A stretch of DNA of 32,000 bases, from contig ACYB01000046.1 in assembly GCA_000175855.1 (NCBI GenBank), forward strand, positions 90,001-122,000. Reading direction: 5' to 3'. Numbering within the stretch: position 1 is the stretch's first letter; every line of letters begins with the position of its first letter. The DNA is from Raphidiopsis brookii D9. GTDB lineage: Bacteria; Cyanobacteriota; Cyanobacteriia; Cyanobacteriales; Nostocaceae. The position numbers were made by a program, and so were the translations under genes. Positions 8,843 through 18,742 of the stretch are shown here, one piece after another. The notes below the pieces were generated by a model. The model did no database searches and was not told where the DNA came from. It worked only from the letters and a program-made list of their open reading frames with translations.

Positions 8843-10246
8843 CTAAAGCTGCTTCACCTCAGAGACCAACTTAGCCACCATATCCTTGGCACCACCAAAT
8901 AACATGGTTGTTTTTTCCTTATAAAACAACTCATTGTCTACACCGGCAAAACCCGTACTCATACCTCGCTTAATCACAATAGTTTGCCTAGCCCTATCAA
9001 CCTCTAAAATGGGCATTCCATAAATTGGACTGTTAGCATCACTGCGAGCTGCAGGGTTGACCACATCATTGGCACCAATGACTAAAGCTACATCAGCTTG
9101 TTCAAATTGGGGGTTAATATCCTCCATATCATATAACTGAGTATAGGGCACATTAGCTTCTGCTAACAATACATTCATGTGTCCTGGCATTCTGCCAGCT
9201 ACTGGATGTATGGCGTATTTAACATCTACACCCATGCGCTCCAGTTGATCTGCTAACTCACGAATGCTATGCTGAGCTTGTGCTACAGCCATACCATAAC
9301 CCGGTACTATGACCACAGAACGGGCATAACCCAACATCATAGCACCTTCTTCAGGATCAATACTCCGCACAGTTTGATTACCAGTAGCAGTAGTAGCTCC
9401 ACCACTAACAGTAGAAACAGAACCAAAGGCACTAAATAGAACACTGAACAAAGACCGGTTCATGGCCTTACACATAATTTCCGTCAGGATAATTCCAGAA
9501 GCACCAACTAAAGCACCGGCAATGATCAACATATTATTCATCACCACAAAGCCTGCTGCTGATGCTGCTACACCTGATAATGAGTTTAGCAAAGAAATTA
9601 CTACTGGCATGTCTCCACCGCCAATGGGTAATACGAACATTACTCCAAGTACGAGGGAAACGGCCACCACGGCTAAAAATACTGGTAAACTATCAGGAGA
9701 AACAATTAAATAGGCGCTCCCCGCTAGATATGTACCTAAAAGCAACAAATTCACAGGTTGTTGCAGGGGAAAAGTAATGGGCGTACCACTAACTAAACCT
9801 TGCAATTTAGCAAAAGCTAGAAAACTACCAGTAAAAGTCACACCACCGATTAACACATCTAACAGCATGGATATATTAATATCCAAAGGTATAGATTGTC
9901 CAGCATCTAAAATACGCCAAAACTCAGCAACAGCTACAAGAGCGGAAGAAGCTCCACCCAAACCGTTGAGTAAACCCACCATTTGAGGCATTTCCGTCAT
10001 TTGCACTTTATAAGCTGCAATAGCCCCAATAATGGAACCAATGACTAGACCTACCAATATCATCTCATAATTAAGAACCTTTTGGTCTAGTAAAGTAGCA
10101 ACTACAGCTAACAGCATTCCCACTGCTGCAATAACATTACCATTGCGTGCAGTTGCAGGAGAGCCTAATTTTTTCAAGCCAAATATAAATAGGGATGCAG
10201 CCAGTAAATAAGTTAGCTGAATACCGGTAGGGATAAAACTGGTCAT
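8843..10246 (-). CDS. pntB: NAD(P) transhydrogenase subunit beta
   Basis: 467 aa; 'VPGYGMAVAQAQHSIRELADQLERMGVDVKYAIHPVAGRMPGHMNVLLAEANVPY' and C-terminal 'KRGMSTGFAGVDNELFY...MLFGGAKDMV'. Confidence 0.97.
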   Translation of the reverse strand: MTSFIPTGIQLTYLLAASLFIFGLKKLGSPATARNGNVIAAVGMLLAVVATLLDQKVLNYEMILVGLVIGSIIGAIAAYKVQMTEMPQMVGLLNGLGGASSALVAVAEFWRILDAGQSIPLDINISMLLDVLIGGVTFTGSFLAFAKLQGLVSGTPITFPLQQPVNLLLLGTYLAGSAYLIVSPDSLPVFLAVVAVSLVLGVMFVLPIGGGDMPVVISLLNSLSGVAASAAGFVVMNNMLIIAGALVGASGIILTEIMCKAMNRSLFSVLFSAFGSVSTVSGGATTATGNQTVRSIDPEEGAMMLGYARSVVIVPGYGMAVAQAQHSIRELADQLERMGVDVKYAIHPVAGRMPGHMNVLLAEANVPYTQLYDMEDINPQFEQADVALVIGANDVVNPAARSDANSPIYGMPILEVDRARQTIVIKRGMSTGFAGVDNELFYKEKTTMLFGGAKDMVAKLVSEVKQL

Positions 10247-10536
10247 GCTTTAACCTCCTTTTTCTTAAACATCTGCAACATTCTGTCAGTTACCAAAAAA
10301 CCGCCGACAACGTTAACCATGGCCAATATGACCGCAATCAAACCGAGAATTACCGATAAACTGGTGTTTTTCTCCCCCGCTGCTAAAATCGCACCAATTA
10401 CGGAAATTCCTGAAATGGCATTGGAACCGGACATTAAAGGAGTATGTAGTGTGGGAGGAACTTTGTTAATGACTTCAAAACCTATAAAAGAAGCCAAAAC
10501 AAGTACAGACAAAGCCGCAAGCAGTGTTTCAGTCAT
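10243..10536 (-). CDS. pntA2: NAD(P) transhydrogenase alpha subunit, membrane part (split PntA2)
   Basis: 97 aa transmembrane protein 'FIGFEVINKVPPTLHTPLMSGSNAISGISVIGA'; overlaps pntB start by 4 nt. Confidence 0.93.
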   Translation of the reverse strand: MTETLLAALSVLVLASFIGFEVINKVPPTLHTPLMSGSNAISGISVIGAILAAGEKNTSLSVILGLIAVILAMVNVVGGFLVTDRMLQMFKKKEVKA

Positions 10537-10590
10537 TGTGATTTGAGATTGATTTCACAGATTGTTAGTTCGAAAATGGTTGTTCAAAAA

Positions 10591-11745
10591 TTAAACTGGG
10601 ACAGCTTGTAGCGCATCCTTAATGCGTTGATTTCTAATTTCACCATTGTGGGTAATACAAGCAGCATCAACAATATCGTCTGCAAAGTTAACATTTAAGG
10701 CTTTATCTTTAACGACCAGCTGCATTAATGCAGTAACATTCTTAGCATAAAGTTGACTGGCGTGTACAGGCATTGACGAGGGCAGATTAATCGGTCCAAT
10801 AATAGTCACACCCTGATAAACTATATCCTTACCGGGTGCTGTACAAGCGCAATTTCCTCCCTGCTCCGCTGCTAAATCCACAATCACAGAGCCAGGTTTC
10901 ATTCCTTTCACCATATCCTCCGTGACTAGGATAGGGGCTTTTCTACCCGGTACTTGAGCTGTTGTAATCACTATGTCCGAGTGTTTGACGTGTTCAGCAA
11001 CCACCTCTTGGGTGCGTTTTTTGCTATCTTCAGAAATTTCCTTAGCGTAACCACCTGCTGCTGTGGTTTCTTCTGTTAATTTAATCTCTACGAATTTCGC
11101 TCCTAAGCTTTGCACCTCTTCCTTCACTGCTGGGCGTATATCAAAAGCCTCTACTAAAGCACCTAGTCTACGAGCAGTAGCTATAGCTTGTAACCCAGCT
11201 ACTCCTGCACCCATAACAAACACTTTAGCAGGAGCAATAGTACCAGCTGCAGTGGTCAACATGGGAAAGTACTTGGGCAGTGCTGCTGCTGCTAATAATA
11301 CGGTTTTATAGCCAGCTATGGAAGCCTGAGAAGACAGGGCATCCATGCTTTGGGCCCTGGTAGTACGGGGTATTAGTTCCATACTTAAAGCAGTGATTTG
11401 TCGTTGTGCTAATTTCCGAGCTATTTCCGGATTACCCAGGGGGTTGAGAAAACTAAGTAACACTGCTCCTGGTTTAAGCAGGTCTATTTCCTCCCGGCCA
11501 TCTTCCCTTTCCTGGGGTGGACTCACCTTAAGCAGTATGTCAGCTTCACCCCACAATACAGCAGCATCGGTAATAATTTTTGCCCCTGCTGCTTCATAGT
11601 CGGCATCACTAAAGTATGCTTTTTCTCCTGCACCGGTTTCTACGGAGATCTCTAATCCCTGTTTGACCAATTTGGCTACAATGTCAGGAACTAATGACAC
11701 CCGCCGTTCACTTACTTCTATTTCCTTAGCAACTGCAATTTTCAT
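10591..11745 (-). CDS. pntA1: NAD(P) transhydrogenase alpha subunit, soluble NAD-binding part (PntA1)
   Basis: 384 aa; 'KIAVAKEIEVSERRVSLVPDIVAKLVKQG', 'KVFVMGAGVAGLQAIATARRLGALVEAFDIRPAVKEEVQSLGAKFVE'. Confidence 0.95.
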   Translation of the reverse strand: MKIAVAKEIEVSERRVSLVPDIVAKLVKQGLEISVETGAGEKAYFSDADYEAAGAKIITDAAVLWGEADILLKVSPPQEREDGREEIDLLKPGAVLLSFLNPLGNPEIARKLAQRQITALSMELIPRTTRAQSMDALSSQASIAGYKTVLLAAAALPKYFPMLTTAAGTIAPAKVFVMGAGVAGLQAIATARRLGALVEAFDIRPAVKEEVQSLGAKFVEIKLTEETTAAGGYAKEISEDSKKRTQEVVAEHVKHSDIVITTAQVPGRKAPILVTEDMVKGMKPGSVIVDLAAEQGGNCACTAPGKDIVYQGVTIIGPINLPSSMPVHASQLYAKNVTALMQLVVKDKALNVNFADDIVDAACITHNGEIRNQRIKDALQAVPV

Positions 11746-12192
11746 TTAGTCTCCTCAAAACGAATAAGATCAATACTCAATATTTCCTAACATCCTTTTT
11801 TAGCTTCAGGTTTAACCTTCATGGATTACCGTTGGTGCTATGCCAGAGGGAATCTCTAACTACGGACCTATAATCCTGGACATTAGCAAGTTGTTGTACT
11901 TGATGTATACTTGATATATATACTATGTGTCAGGTTTTGTGTGTAAGTTTTCAGATTATCTTAGGGATTTTTTTTATTCATATTACTGAGTATATTAGAG
12001 TTGTTGGAAACAAGCGGCTAGGTTCTTGAGATTGTTTTTCTCATTTGTTTAGGGTATTCTAGTGGCTTAATTAAAGCTGTGTCCAAAATCGAAAAAAAAC
12101 TTAACGTCCGTAAAAGTTGCTTATGATTGCTGGCACCTTTATGCCAGTTTCTACGTCATACCAATCAAATTTCTCATCGAATGGTTAAAATT

Positions 12193-12705
12193 ATGAAGCG
12201 TTTACTCCCGGCTTTAGCCCTATCTAGTTGTCTGTTAACTGGTATTTCCACTACCACCCTAGCTCAAAGCCTACCAGGCTTAACACTATTTAGTGGTGTC
12301 AAACCAGAAAACCAGCTGTCATTTTTCTTGGATTTTGGCGGACAAACTAACAACACAGACAGATATAGACTAAGACTGCCTGCTAATAAAATGAAACTGC
12401 CAGTATCTCAATTTAATATCACCTATCCTGAATACTACAAAGGTAGCTTCGACACTAAAGAAATAGAAGTTCGAGTTAAAGGTAAAAGTGTAGATGTAAA
12501 AGAAGTGAAATGGAATAAAGAAACAAGGGTAATTGAGATAGTGCCCCAAGACCCCGTGCCTGCTGGCAGTAAGGTGGAGCTAATCCTCTCAAATGTGCAA
12601 AACCCCAGTTTTGGCGGGATGTTCTATTTTAACTGTCAGGTTCTCTCCCCTGGTGGGGTGCCAGTTCCTCGCTATCTTGGAACCTGGATCATTAGCATAT
12701 CCTAA
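12193..12705 (+). CDS. DUF2808-type secreted protein
   Basis: Likely start MKRLLPALALSSCLLTGIS within the longer 12127..12705 ORF; signal peptide then 'YYKGSFDTKEIEVRVKGKSVDVKEVKWNKETRVIEIVPQDPVPAGSKVELILSNVQNP'. Confidence 0.75.
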   Translation: MKRLLPALALSSCLLTGISTTTLAQSLPGLTLFSGVKPENQLSFFLDFGGQTNNTDRYRLRLPANKMKLPVSQFNITYPEYYKGSFDTKEIEVRVKGKSVDVKEVKWNKETRVIEIVPQDPVPAGSKVELILSNVQNPSFGGMFYFNCQVLSPGGVPVPRYLGTWIISIS

Positions 12706-12797
12706 GTCTAATGGCTGCAAAATATGTTCTGATCTTGAGTAAAGTGCTAAGATAAGAGATTGTGACTTTTTATAAAATTGCCTAAGAGGAGAAAACA

Positions 12798-12932
12798 ATG
12801 CAAAGAACACTGGGTGGAACTTGTCGCAAAAGAAAGAGAACTTCTGGGTTTCGCGCCAGAATGCAAACCCCAACTGGTCGAAACGTAATTAGAACCAGAA
12901 GAAAAAAAGGTCGTCATCGTTTGAGCGTTTAA
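12798..12932 (+). CDS. rpmH: 50S ribosomal protein L34
   Basis: Not in the supplied ORF track (too short). Hand translation: [47 protein letters not shown]-like AAGAGGAG upstream; located immediately before rnpA. Confidence 0.97.
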   Translation: MQRTLGGTCRKRKRTSGFRARMQTPTGRNVIRTRRKKGRHRLSV

Positions 12933-12959
12933 TAGGAACCTAGCTAACACAAACCTATT

Positions 12960-13382
12960 GTGCCGTTGCCAAAAGCATACAGACTAAAATCCCGTGGTGA
13001 CTTCCAGGCAGTTTTCCGGGAAGGAGTCCGGTGTCATAGCTCTCATTTCACCCTGAGAGCTTTAAAAACCCTGTCTCCAACTCAGGTTGCTTTGCACCCC
13101 TCCTCTATAACTACACCTGCTAACACCTGTGAAAACTTACCTAATACTAAAATTGGTATTTCCATTAGCACTAAAGTTAGCAAAAGAGCAGTGGTTCGTA
13201 ACCGTATCAAAAGACAAATTACGGGAGTTTTGTACCAATTATTACCAAAGTTATCGAAAGGATGGCGACTAGTGGTAATTGTCAAGCCAAAGACAGGAGA
13301 ATGGGAGTGCATAAGCCAACAATTTCTGCGAGAATTAGAGCAGTTGTTGGTAAAAGCTGAGGTGATAAATGGGCATTCGTGA
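12960..13382 (+). CDS. rnpA: Ribonuclease P protein component
   Basis: 'LPKAYRLKSRGDFQAVFREG...IGISISTKVSKRAVVRNRIKRQITGVL'; GTG start, directly downstream of rpmH. Confidence 0.93.
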   Translation: MPLPKAYRLKSRGDFQAVFREGVRCHSSHFTLRALKTLSPTQVALHPSSITTPANTCENLPNTKIGISISTKVSKRAVVRNRIKRQITGVLYQLLPKLSKGWRLVVIVKPKTGEWECISQQFLRELEQLLVKAEVINGHS

Positions 13383-13758
13383 GGAAGTTTATTATGAAGG
13401 TGGTCCCCACATTGGGGATTTAATTCTCAATCTACTAATTGGCTTGACCATAGTTGGCTTGCCATTGACCATTGGAGCGATTATTAGAGCTTTGTGGTTG
13501 CGTTTTAAGATCACTGACCGGCGAGTTGCTGTGATGGGTGGTTGGATGGGACAAAATCGCACTGATATCATTTATTCAGAAGTTGTGAAGGTGGTGAAAG
13601 TCCCCCGTGGCGTTGGTCTATGGGGTGACATGGTGTTAACCCTGAAAAACGGTAGTCGTTTGGAAATTAGGGCTATTCCCAACTTTCGAGAGGTTTATGA
13701 ACATATCAATGATAGGGTTGCCGCTAAGAATCCTCAATATACTTCTAACCCCTCCTGA
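13369..13758 (+). CDS. PH domain-containing membrane protein
   Basis: 129 aa; two hydrophobic stretches then 'VTDRRVAVMGGWMGQNRTDIIYSEVVKVVKVPRG' style bacterial PH motif (ITDRRVAVMGG...); overlaps rnpA by 14 nt. Confidence 0.75.
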   Translation: MGIREEVYYEGGPHIGDLILNLLIGLTIVGLPLTIGAIIRALWLRFKITDRRVAVMGGWMGQNRTDIIYSEVVKVVKVPRGVGLWGDMVLTLKNGSRLEIRAIPNFREVYEHINDRVAAKNPQYTSNPS

Positions 13759-13867
13759 TCTACCTATTATCTTGTAGGTGCGGCTATCCGTCCCTGCTGA
13801 TAGTCGCCAGTAAATCACAATTTGGATAAATTAGATTCAGTTTACATTTACATTACCTTGGGTTGGA

Positions 13868-15046
13868 TTGAGAATAATGGATTTTGGTATTGGGTTTCTC
13901 TCGAACAATGTCATGTTGCCAATCATAGACTTTTTCTATGGCGTTTTCCCCAGCTATGGACTGGCAATTGTGGCTTTAACACTAATCATTCGGTTCGCAC
14001 TCTACCCTCTGAGTGCTGGATCTATTCGCAGCATGCGTCGCATGCGAATAGTACAACCTTTGATGCAAAAGCGGATGGCAGAAATAAAAGAGCGTTATAA
14101 AGATGATCCGCAAAAACAGCAAGAGGAAATGGTAAATGTCCAAAAAGAATTTGGCAATCCCCTAGCTGGATGTTTGCCACTGCTGCTACAAATGCCAGTG
14201 TTGTTGGCTTTGTTTGCTACTCTTAGGGGTTCGCCATTTGCGGGTGCTAATTACTCAGTTAACCTACAAATTCTACCCTCAGAACAAATTGAACGCATTC
14301 AACCTCAGGCTTTTGCTACCCCTCCTCAAAACATTTACGTTGCCAATGGTGTGCACACCCAAATCACGGCCATTCTTCCTGGTGGTAATAAATTAGCAGT
14401 AGGGGAAAAAACCAAGATTCAATATCAAACTATGGAGGGCAAACCGTTTGATGCGCTCTTAGTGGAATATCCTCAAACAAAGTTGACTCCTGAATGGAAA
14501 ATCATGAAGGGAGAAGACCGCATCAAAATCGATCTCGAGGGTAATGTTGAAGCCTTGCAACCAGGAGATGTGACAATTCAAGGCATAATCCCTGGACTAG
14601 CTGCTAATAGTGGATTTCTATTTATTGATGCGTTGGGCAGGGTAGGAGCAATTGATCCAGATGGCAAGATCCACTGGGACATCGTGGGTATGATTATTTT
14701 CTTTGGCATTAGCTTATATTTTAGCCAAATGCTCTCTGGGCAAAACTCCAGTGGTGGTAACCCTCAACAGGAAACCGTCAATAAAATCACGCCTGTGATT
14801 TTTTCTGGGATGTTTTTGTTCTTTCCTTTACCTGCAGGTGTGCTTATGTACATGGTAATTGGTAATGTTTTCCAAACTCTCCAGACCTATATTCTGTCTC
14901 GGGAACCTTTACCAGAAGAACTGCAAAAAATTGTAGCAATTCAGGAAAAAGAAAAACAAGCAGCAACGGTAGAAGTCAAAACCTTACCCTTTGAACCAAA
15001 AGGTTCTAAGAAAAAACAGCCCAATAACAAAGAATCTAAAACCTAA
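13868..15046 (+). CDS. yidC: Membrane protein insertase YidC/Oxa1 family
   Basis: 392 aa; '[59 protein letters not shown]' and '[23 protein letters not shown]'. Confidence 0.95.
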   Translation: MRIMDFGIGFLSNNVMLPIIDFFYGVFPSYGLAIVALTLIIRFALYPLSAGSIRSMRRMRIVQPLMQKRMAEIKERYKDDPQKQQEEMVNVQKEFGNPLAGCLPLLLQMPVLLALFATLRGSPFAGANYSVNLQILPSEQIERIQPQAFATPPQNIYVANGVHTQITAILPGGNKLAVGEKTKIQYQTMEGKPFDALLVEYPQTKLTPEWKIMKGEDRIKIDLEGNVEALQPGDVTIQGIIPGLAANSGFLFIDALGRVGAIDPDGKIHWDIVGMIIFFGISLYFSQMLSGQNSSGGNPQQETVNKITPVIFSGMFLFFPLPAGVLMYMVIGNVFQTLQTYILSREPLPEELQKIVAIQEKEKQAATVEVKTLPFEPKGSKKKQPNNKESKT

Positions 15047-15058
15047 GTAACCCAAATT

Positions 15059-15598
15059 ATGACTGATATTTCTATGCAGCACAGTGAACAGTGGTTAAAA
15101 CAATTGCTGCAGTTAGCTGGAATCTCTACTAATGTTTACAGTCAACTGGGTGCTGCACCAACTTTAGAAACAGCTTCCCCCGAACCAAATAGCTACTGGT
15201 TGATAATTGATGACTCTAATTTAATGCCTGAGCAAATACGGGTGTTATTAGGTAATAACGGATCTGTTTTAGATGCTATACAGTTCTTGGCTAATTCTGT
15301 ATTGAACTTACATCACCAGGAACAGGAACAAATATCCTACACCATTGAGTTTAATGGTTATCGAGTCCAAAGACAAGCAGAAATCAGTACTTTGGTGAAA
15401 ACTGCAGCTCAGGAAGTGCGCTTTTCTGGAAGGGAGGTGGAAATTAGATCTCTGAATTCCACTGAGAGACGACAGGTTCACAGCTTCTTGAAAGAATTTC
15501 CAGATTTGGAAACTTTTAGTCGTGGTCGGGAACCTAATCGCAATCTGGTGATTCGTTTAGCTACTCCATCCCCAGCTAATCCTGATTATTCAAGCTAA
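15059..15598 (+). CDS. Jag/KhpB-like KH-R3H domain RNA-binding protein
   Basis: 179 aa; 'SLNSTERRQVHSFLKEFPDLETFSRGREPNRNLVI' R3H motif, downstream of yidC as commonly seen. Confidence 0.85.
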   Translation: MTDISMQHSEQWLKQLLQLAGISTNVYSQLGAAPTLETASPEPNSYWLIIDDSNLMPEQIRVLLGNNGSVLDAIQFLANSVLNLHHQEQEQISYTIEFNGYRVQRQAEISTLVKTAAQEVRFSGREVEIRSLNSTERRQVHSFLKEFPDLETFSRGREPNRNLVIRLATPSPANPDYSS

Positions 15599-15633
15599 AA
15601 TGGTGTAAATATTGAAGTGTATTCATAAGTATC

Positions 15634-16131
15634 ATGGATGCTATTTTTCTGCCACAACTAACTAAGGCTCCGCAGTGTACAGAAGAGGTTCAAGTTGATG
15701 AATTCCTACCGGAGCTGGAAACTTTAACACCCGTGCGTGGTGTTGTTCGTTTGCAACACCATGGTAATTACTTGGAAGTTTCTGGTAAAGCAGAATCTAT
15801 AATTACTTGTAGCTGTAACCGATGTTTACAACAATATAATCAGAGGTTGACTATTAAGACTAAAGAAATTATTTGGTTTGACACTAATTCTGATCCGGTA
15901 GAAGATTTACCGTTGGAAAGGGAAGTTGCTATGGAGGATTTGGTAGAAACTATTGCACCTGATGGTTATTTTGATCCCGGTGAATGGCTATATGAACAGA
16001 TGTGCTTAGCTATTCCTCAACGCCAGTTGTGTAACTCAAATTGTCCGGGAATTATAGCTACTGGTGTTAATGAAAGTTCAGTTGATAGACGTTGGTCAGC
16101 TTTAGAGAAATTAAAAAATCAACTTTCCTAG
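15634..16131 (+). CDS. YceD family protein (DUF177)
   Basis: 165 aa with 'ITCSCNRCLQQYNQRLTIKTKEIIWF' and 'LYEQMCLAIPQRQLCNSNCPGI...DRRWSALEKLK'. Confidence 0.85.
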   Translation: MDAIFLPQLTKAPQCTEEVQVDEFLPELETLTPVRGVVRLQHHGNYLEVSGKAESIITCSCNRCLQQYNQRLTIKTKEIIWFDTNSDPVEDLPLEREVAMEDLVETIAPDGYFDPGEWLYEQMCLAIPQRQLCNSNCPGIIATGVNESSVDRRWSALEKLKNQLS

Positions 16132-16140
16132 GGGTGTGAT

Positions 16141-16172
16141 TAATTGGAAAAAGTTTTAACTATTTCCAATTA
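16141..16172. terminator. 10-bp inverted repeat between convergent genes
   Basis: TAATTGGAAA (16141-16150) / TTTCCAATTA (16163-16172), 12-nt spacer, between the DUF177 stop (16131) and phytase-like stop (16201). Confidence 0.55.
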
Positions 16173-16200
16173 CTTTCCAACTACCTTTCAATTTTCGGCG

Positions 16201-17443
16201 CTAGGTCAATCCCAACTGACGTAGTAGTTTTTTTAAGGGGGATTCTCTTTTTAGTTTGAATGCTAGTATTTGGGTGGTTTGTAGTCTATTAAAGTTGTTA
16301 TCACTCACCAAAATTAGAGAAATATTGCCATCGGATAATTTGGGTCCGATAGTTAATCCCTCTATATTATCCAAGGGTAGGGGTAAGGTTTGCAAATCTA
16401 GAAGTAATTTTTTCTCGACTGGTTTGATTTTGCTCATGTCAACAGTTGAGAGATTGGGGATATTATGAATATCATCAGCATTATTTAAAGATACTTCAAA
16501 CAGGGAAACTGCAAAGCCCAAACCAGTGAAAGTTCTTTCTAAACTGAGAAAGTTTCCTCTATTATCTAAAGCTACTAAATCCGACAGTCCACTATCAAAT
16601 CTACCTGTGAAGTTAAATAGGGGTGTAACAGGTTCCATTGGGTAAAGAAATTCTTTTTGCGGTTGATTATCACTGAGGTTATATTGTAGGATTCGACATG
16701 GAGTACCAAAGTTAGGTTTAGCAGCTTCACCATCTTGAACTAGGGCGTTTTCTGTAGCTGTAAATAGCATTTGATTGTTAGGTGTGATTGTCAGACTTTC
16801 AAAGGCTAAATTATTACGTACACCGCGTTGATTTTTGCCATCGGGTAAAAATTTCTCTGGTATGGGTAGACTATTGATTGCGTTCCCGGAAGCTAGAGAA
16901 AATTCCTGAATAGATGGATTAATTGATTCACTGACATCCCCCTCGGAAGAAATAAAGACGGTGGATTTTTTTTGTCGCTGCAATACCCTCGGGATCAATT
17001 CCCCCAAGGGCAAATTTTTGATTTTTTCCATCTAATAGAGTAGTGACTCCTACAGGTAATGCTTTACTTTGATCTATCTTCCCTTTGCTTAAGTCAATCT
17101 TGAAGTTATAGAACCGAGGTGGTCCTTTTTGTCCCCGGTCATCGGAAACAATATAGTAGAGATCGTTATCAACATCATAAGTAATTCCCGAGAGTCCACC
17201 TACCTTAGTATTTTGAAAGGTATATCCCGTGGGTAAAGTAGCTACACCAAGAAATTCTATGTCCGTGATTCTAACGGTTGCATTGGCTATCTGACCCAAA
17301 AACAAACCCATAATACTAACAATGATCATGGTAATAATACCATAAATGACCATTCTAGGATTTTTCCATTTGGCTTTTTTGCTTTCTTTCATCTTGAACT
17401 TCACATTCTTCAGATAATCTAGAGCGATCGCCCATCCTAACAT
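16201..17443 (-). pseudogene. Esterase-like / phytase-like domain protein, frameshifted in a homopolymer
   Basis: N-terminal ORF 16928..17443 (...GGLSGITYDVDNDLYYIVSDDRGQKGPPRFY...LGGIDPEGIAATKK) and C-terminal ORF 16201..17031 (...TVFISSEGDVSESINPSIQEFSLASG...NIEGLTIGPKLSDGNISLILVSDNNF) join into one domain if 1 nt is removed from the T8 run at 16966-16973. Confidence 0.85.
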
Positions 17444-17476
17444 ATACTTAATAGATGACTATTATTTATTTAGGTA

Positions 17477-18742
17477 GTGTTCAGCGTGAGAAATTCCCCC
17501 AGCTTAGATCCTGACTTGAGAAAAAACTTAGTAGTAATCTTTACATCTGGTTTATTGTTTTGGTCAGCTTTAGCGTCTCTATTGCCCACATTGCCACTAT
17601 ACATAGAGTCTCTAGGGTCAACAAAGCAACAAATTGGTATGGTTATGGGTAGCTTTGCTGTGGGAGTATTAGCGTTTCGTCCCCAGGTAGGAAAATTAGC
17701 AGACCATCAGGGGAGAAAGCTAGTTTTACTAATTGGTATGGTAGTAGCAACAATTGCTCCCCTAGGTTATTTAGCAGTCAAATCCCTAGTAGGATTGATG
17801 CTAATTAGAGCCTTTCACGGTATAAGCATTGCAGCATTTGCTACAGCCTATATTGCACTAGTATCGGATTTAGCCCCGGACGACCGTCGTGGCGAAATTA
17901 TTGGGTATATGAGCTTAGTCAATCCCATTGGGGTAGCTGTTGGCCCTGCGCTAGGTGGATATTTACAAGCCATAGCGGGTTACACCCCATTATTTATTTT
18001 CTCCGGTTTACTAGCTGGTTTAGGTTTAATCTGTGTGATTCCTATAACCAATCCTCCCAGATGGAAAAATAACAAACAAGAAACAGGGGATGATTTCTGG
18101 GGAATTTTAATTAGTCCTCGAGTTCGTGTCCCAGCAATTATATTGTTGATGATAGGTTTTTCTATTGGTACCATACACACCTTTATCGCTCTGTATATTA
18201 AATCAATAGGAGTTGATTTAAACCCTGGCTTATTTTTCGCTGCTGCGGCCATTTCCAGCTTTGTTATTAGATTATTTGTGGGTAGAGCTTCAGACAAATA
18301 TGGTAGGGGTTTATTTGTCACTCTTAGTTTAATCAGTTATACTGTAGCTATGCTAATTATTTGGCAAGCTAACAGTTCTCCAACTCTCCTATTGGGAGCA
18401 ATTATGGAGGGTGCTGCTTCTGGTATTGCCATTCCCATGATTTCCGCGATGATGACTGATAGAGCCCTACCCCATGAACGAGGGCGCATTTTTAGTGTAT
18501 CCCTGACAGGATTTGATCTAGGACTGGGTATAGCTGGTCCAGTGGTGGGTTACATAGCCCAATCCACTAGTTATCGTCATGTTTTTGGTCTTAGTTTCGG
18601 TTTAACCCTCCTGGCCATTTTAATCTTTATATCCCAGTCTAATCACGGAGTATTCCAATCACTACGTTTTGCACTAGGTCGTAGTAAGGATGTTTATCAA
18701 CAATCAGCAACCGATTCTCCCAACTTATCTACCAATACCTAA
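17477..18742 (+). CDS. MFS transporter
   Basis: 421 aa, 12-TM pattern, 'GKLADHQGRKLVLLIGMV', 'LVSDLAPDDRRGEIIGYMSLVNPIGVAVGPALGG'; GTG start. Confidence 0.9.
   Translation: MFSVRNSPSLDPDLRKNLVVIFTSGLLFWSALASLLPTLPLYIESLGSTKQQIGMVMGSFAVGVLAFRPQVGKLADHQGRKLVLLIGMVVATIAPLGYLAVKSLVGLMLIRAFHGISIAAFATAYIALVSDLAPDDRRGEIIGYMSLVNPIGVAVGPALGGYLQAIAGYTPLFIFSGLLAGLGLICVIPITNPPRWKNNKQETGDDFWGILISPRVRVPAIILLMIGFSIGTIHTFIALYIKSIGVDLNPGLFFAAAAISSFVIRLFVGRASDKYGRGLFVTLSLISYTVAMLIIWQANSSPTLLLGAIMEGAASGIAIPMISAMMTDRALPHERGRIFSVSLTGFDLGLGIAGPVVGYIAQSTSYRHVFGLSFGLTLLAILIFISQSNHGVFQSLRFALGRSKDVYQQSATDSPNLSTNT

Noticed and set aside
9462-9986. Plus-strand ORFs inside pntB (9462..9713, 9562..9777, 9777..9986)
   Set aside because: Fully antisense to well-supported pntB with low-complexity, non-protein-like composition.
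11063-11599. Plus-strand ORFs inside pntA1
   Set aside because: Antisense to a confident CDS; alanine/serine-rich shadow frames.
10243-11745. Split pntA (pntA1 and pntA2) considered as possible gene disruption
   Set aside because: Separate alpha subunits are the normal arrangement in cyanobacteria; both ORFs start and end sensibly.
13822-14396. Plus-strand ORFs 13822..14100 and 14214..14396 overlapping yidC in other frames
   Set aside because: yidC frame has clear family signatures through the same interval; no independent coding evidence.
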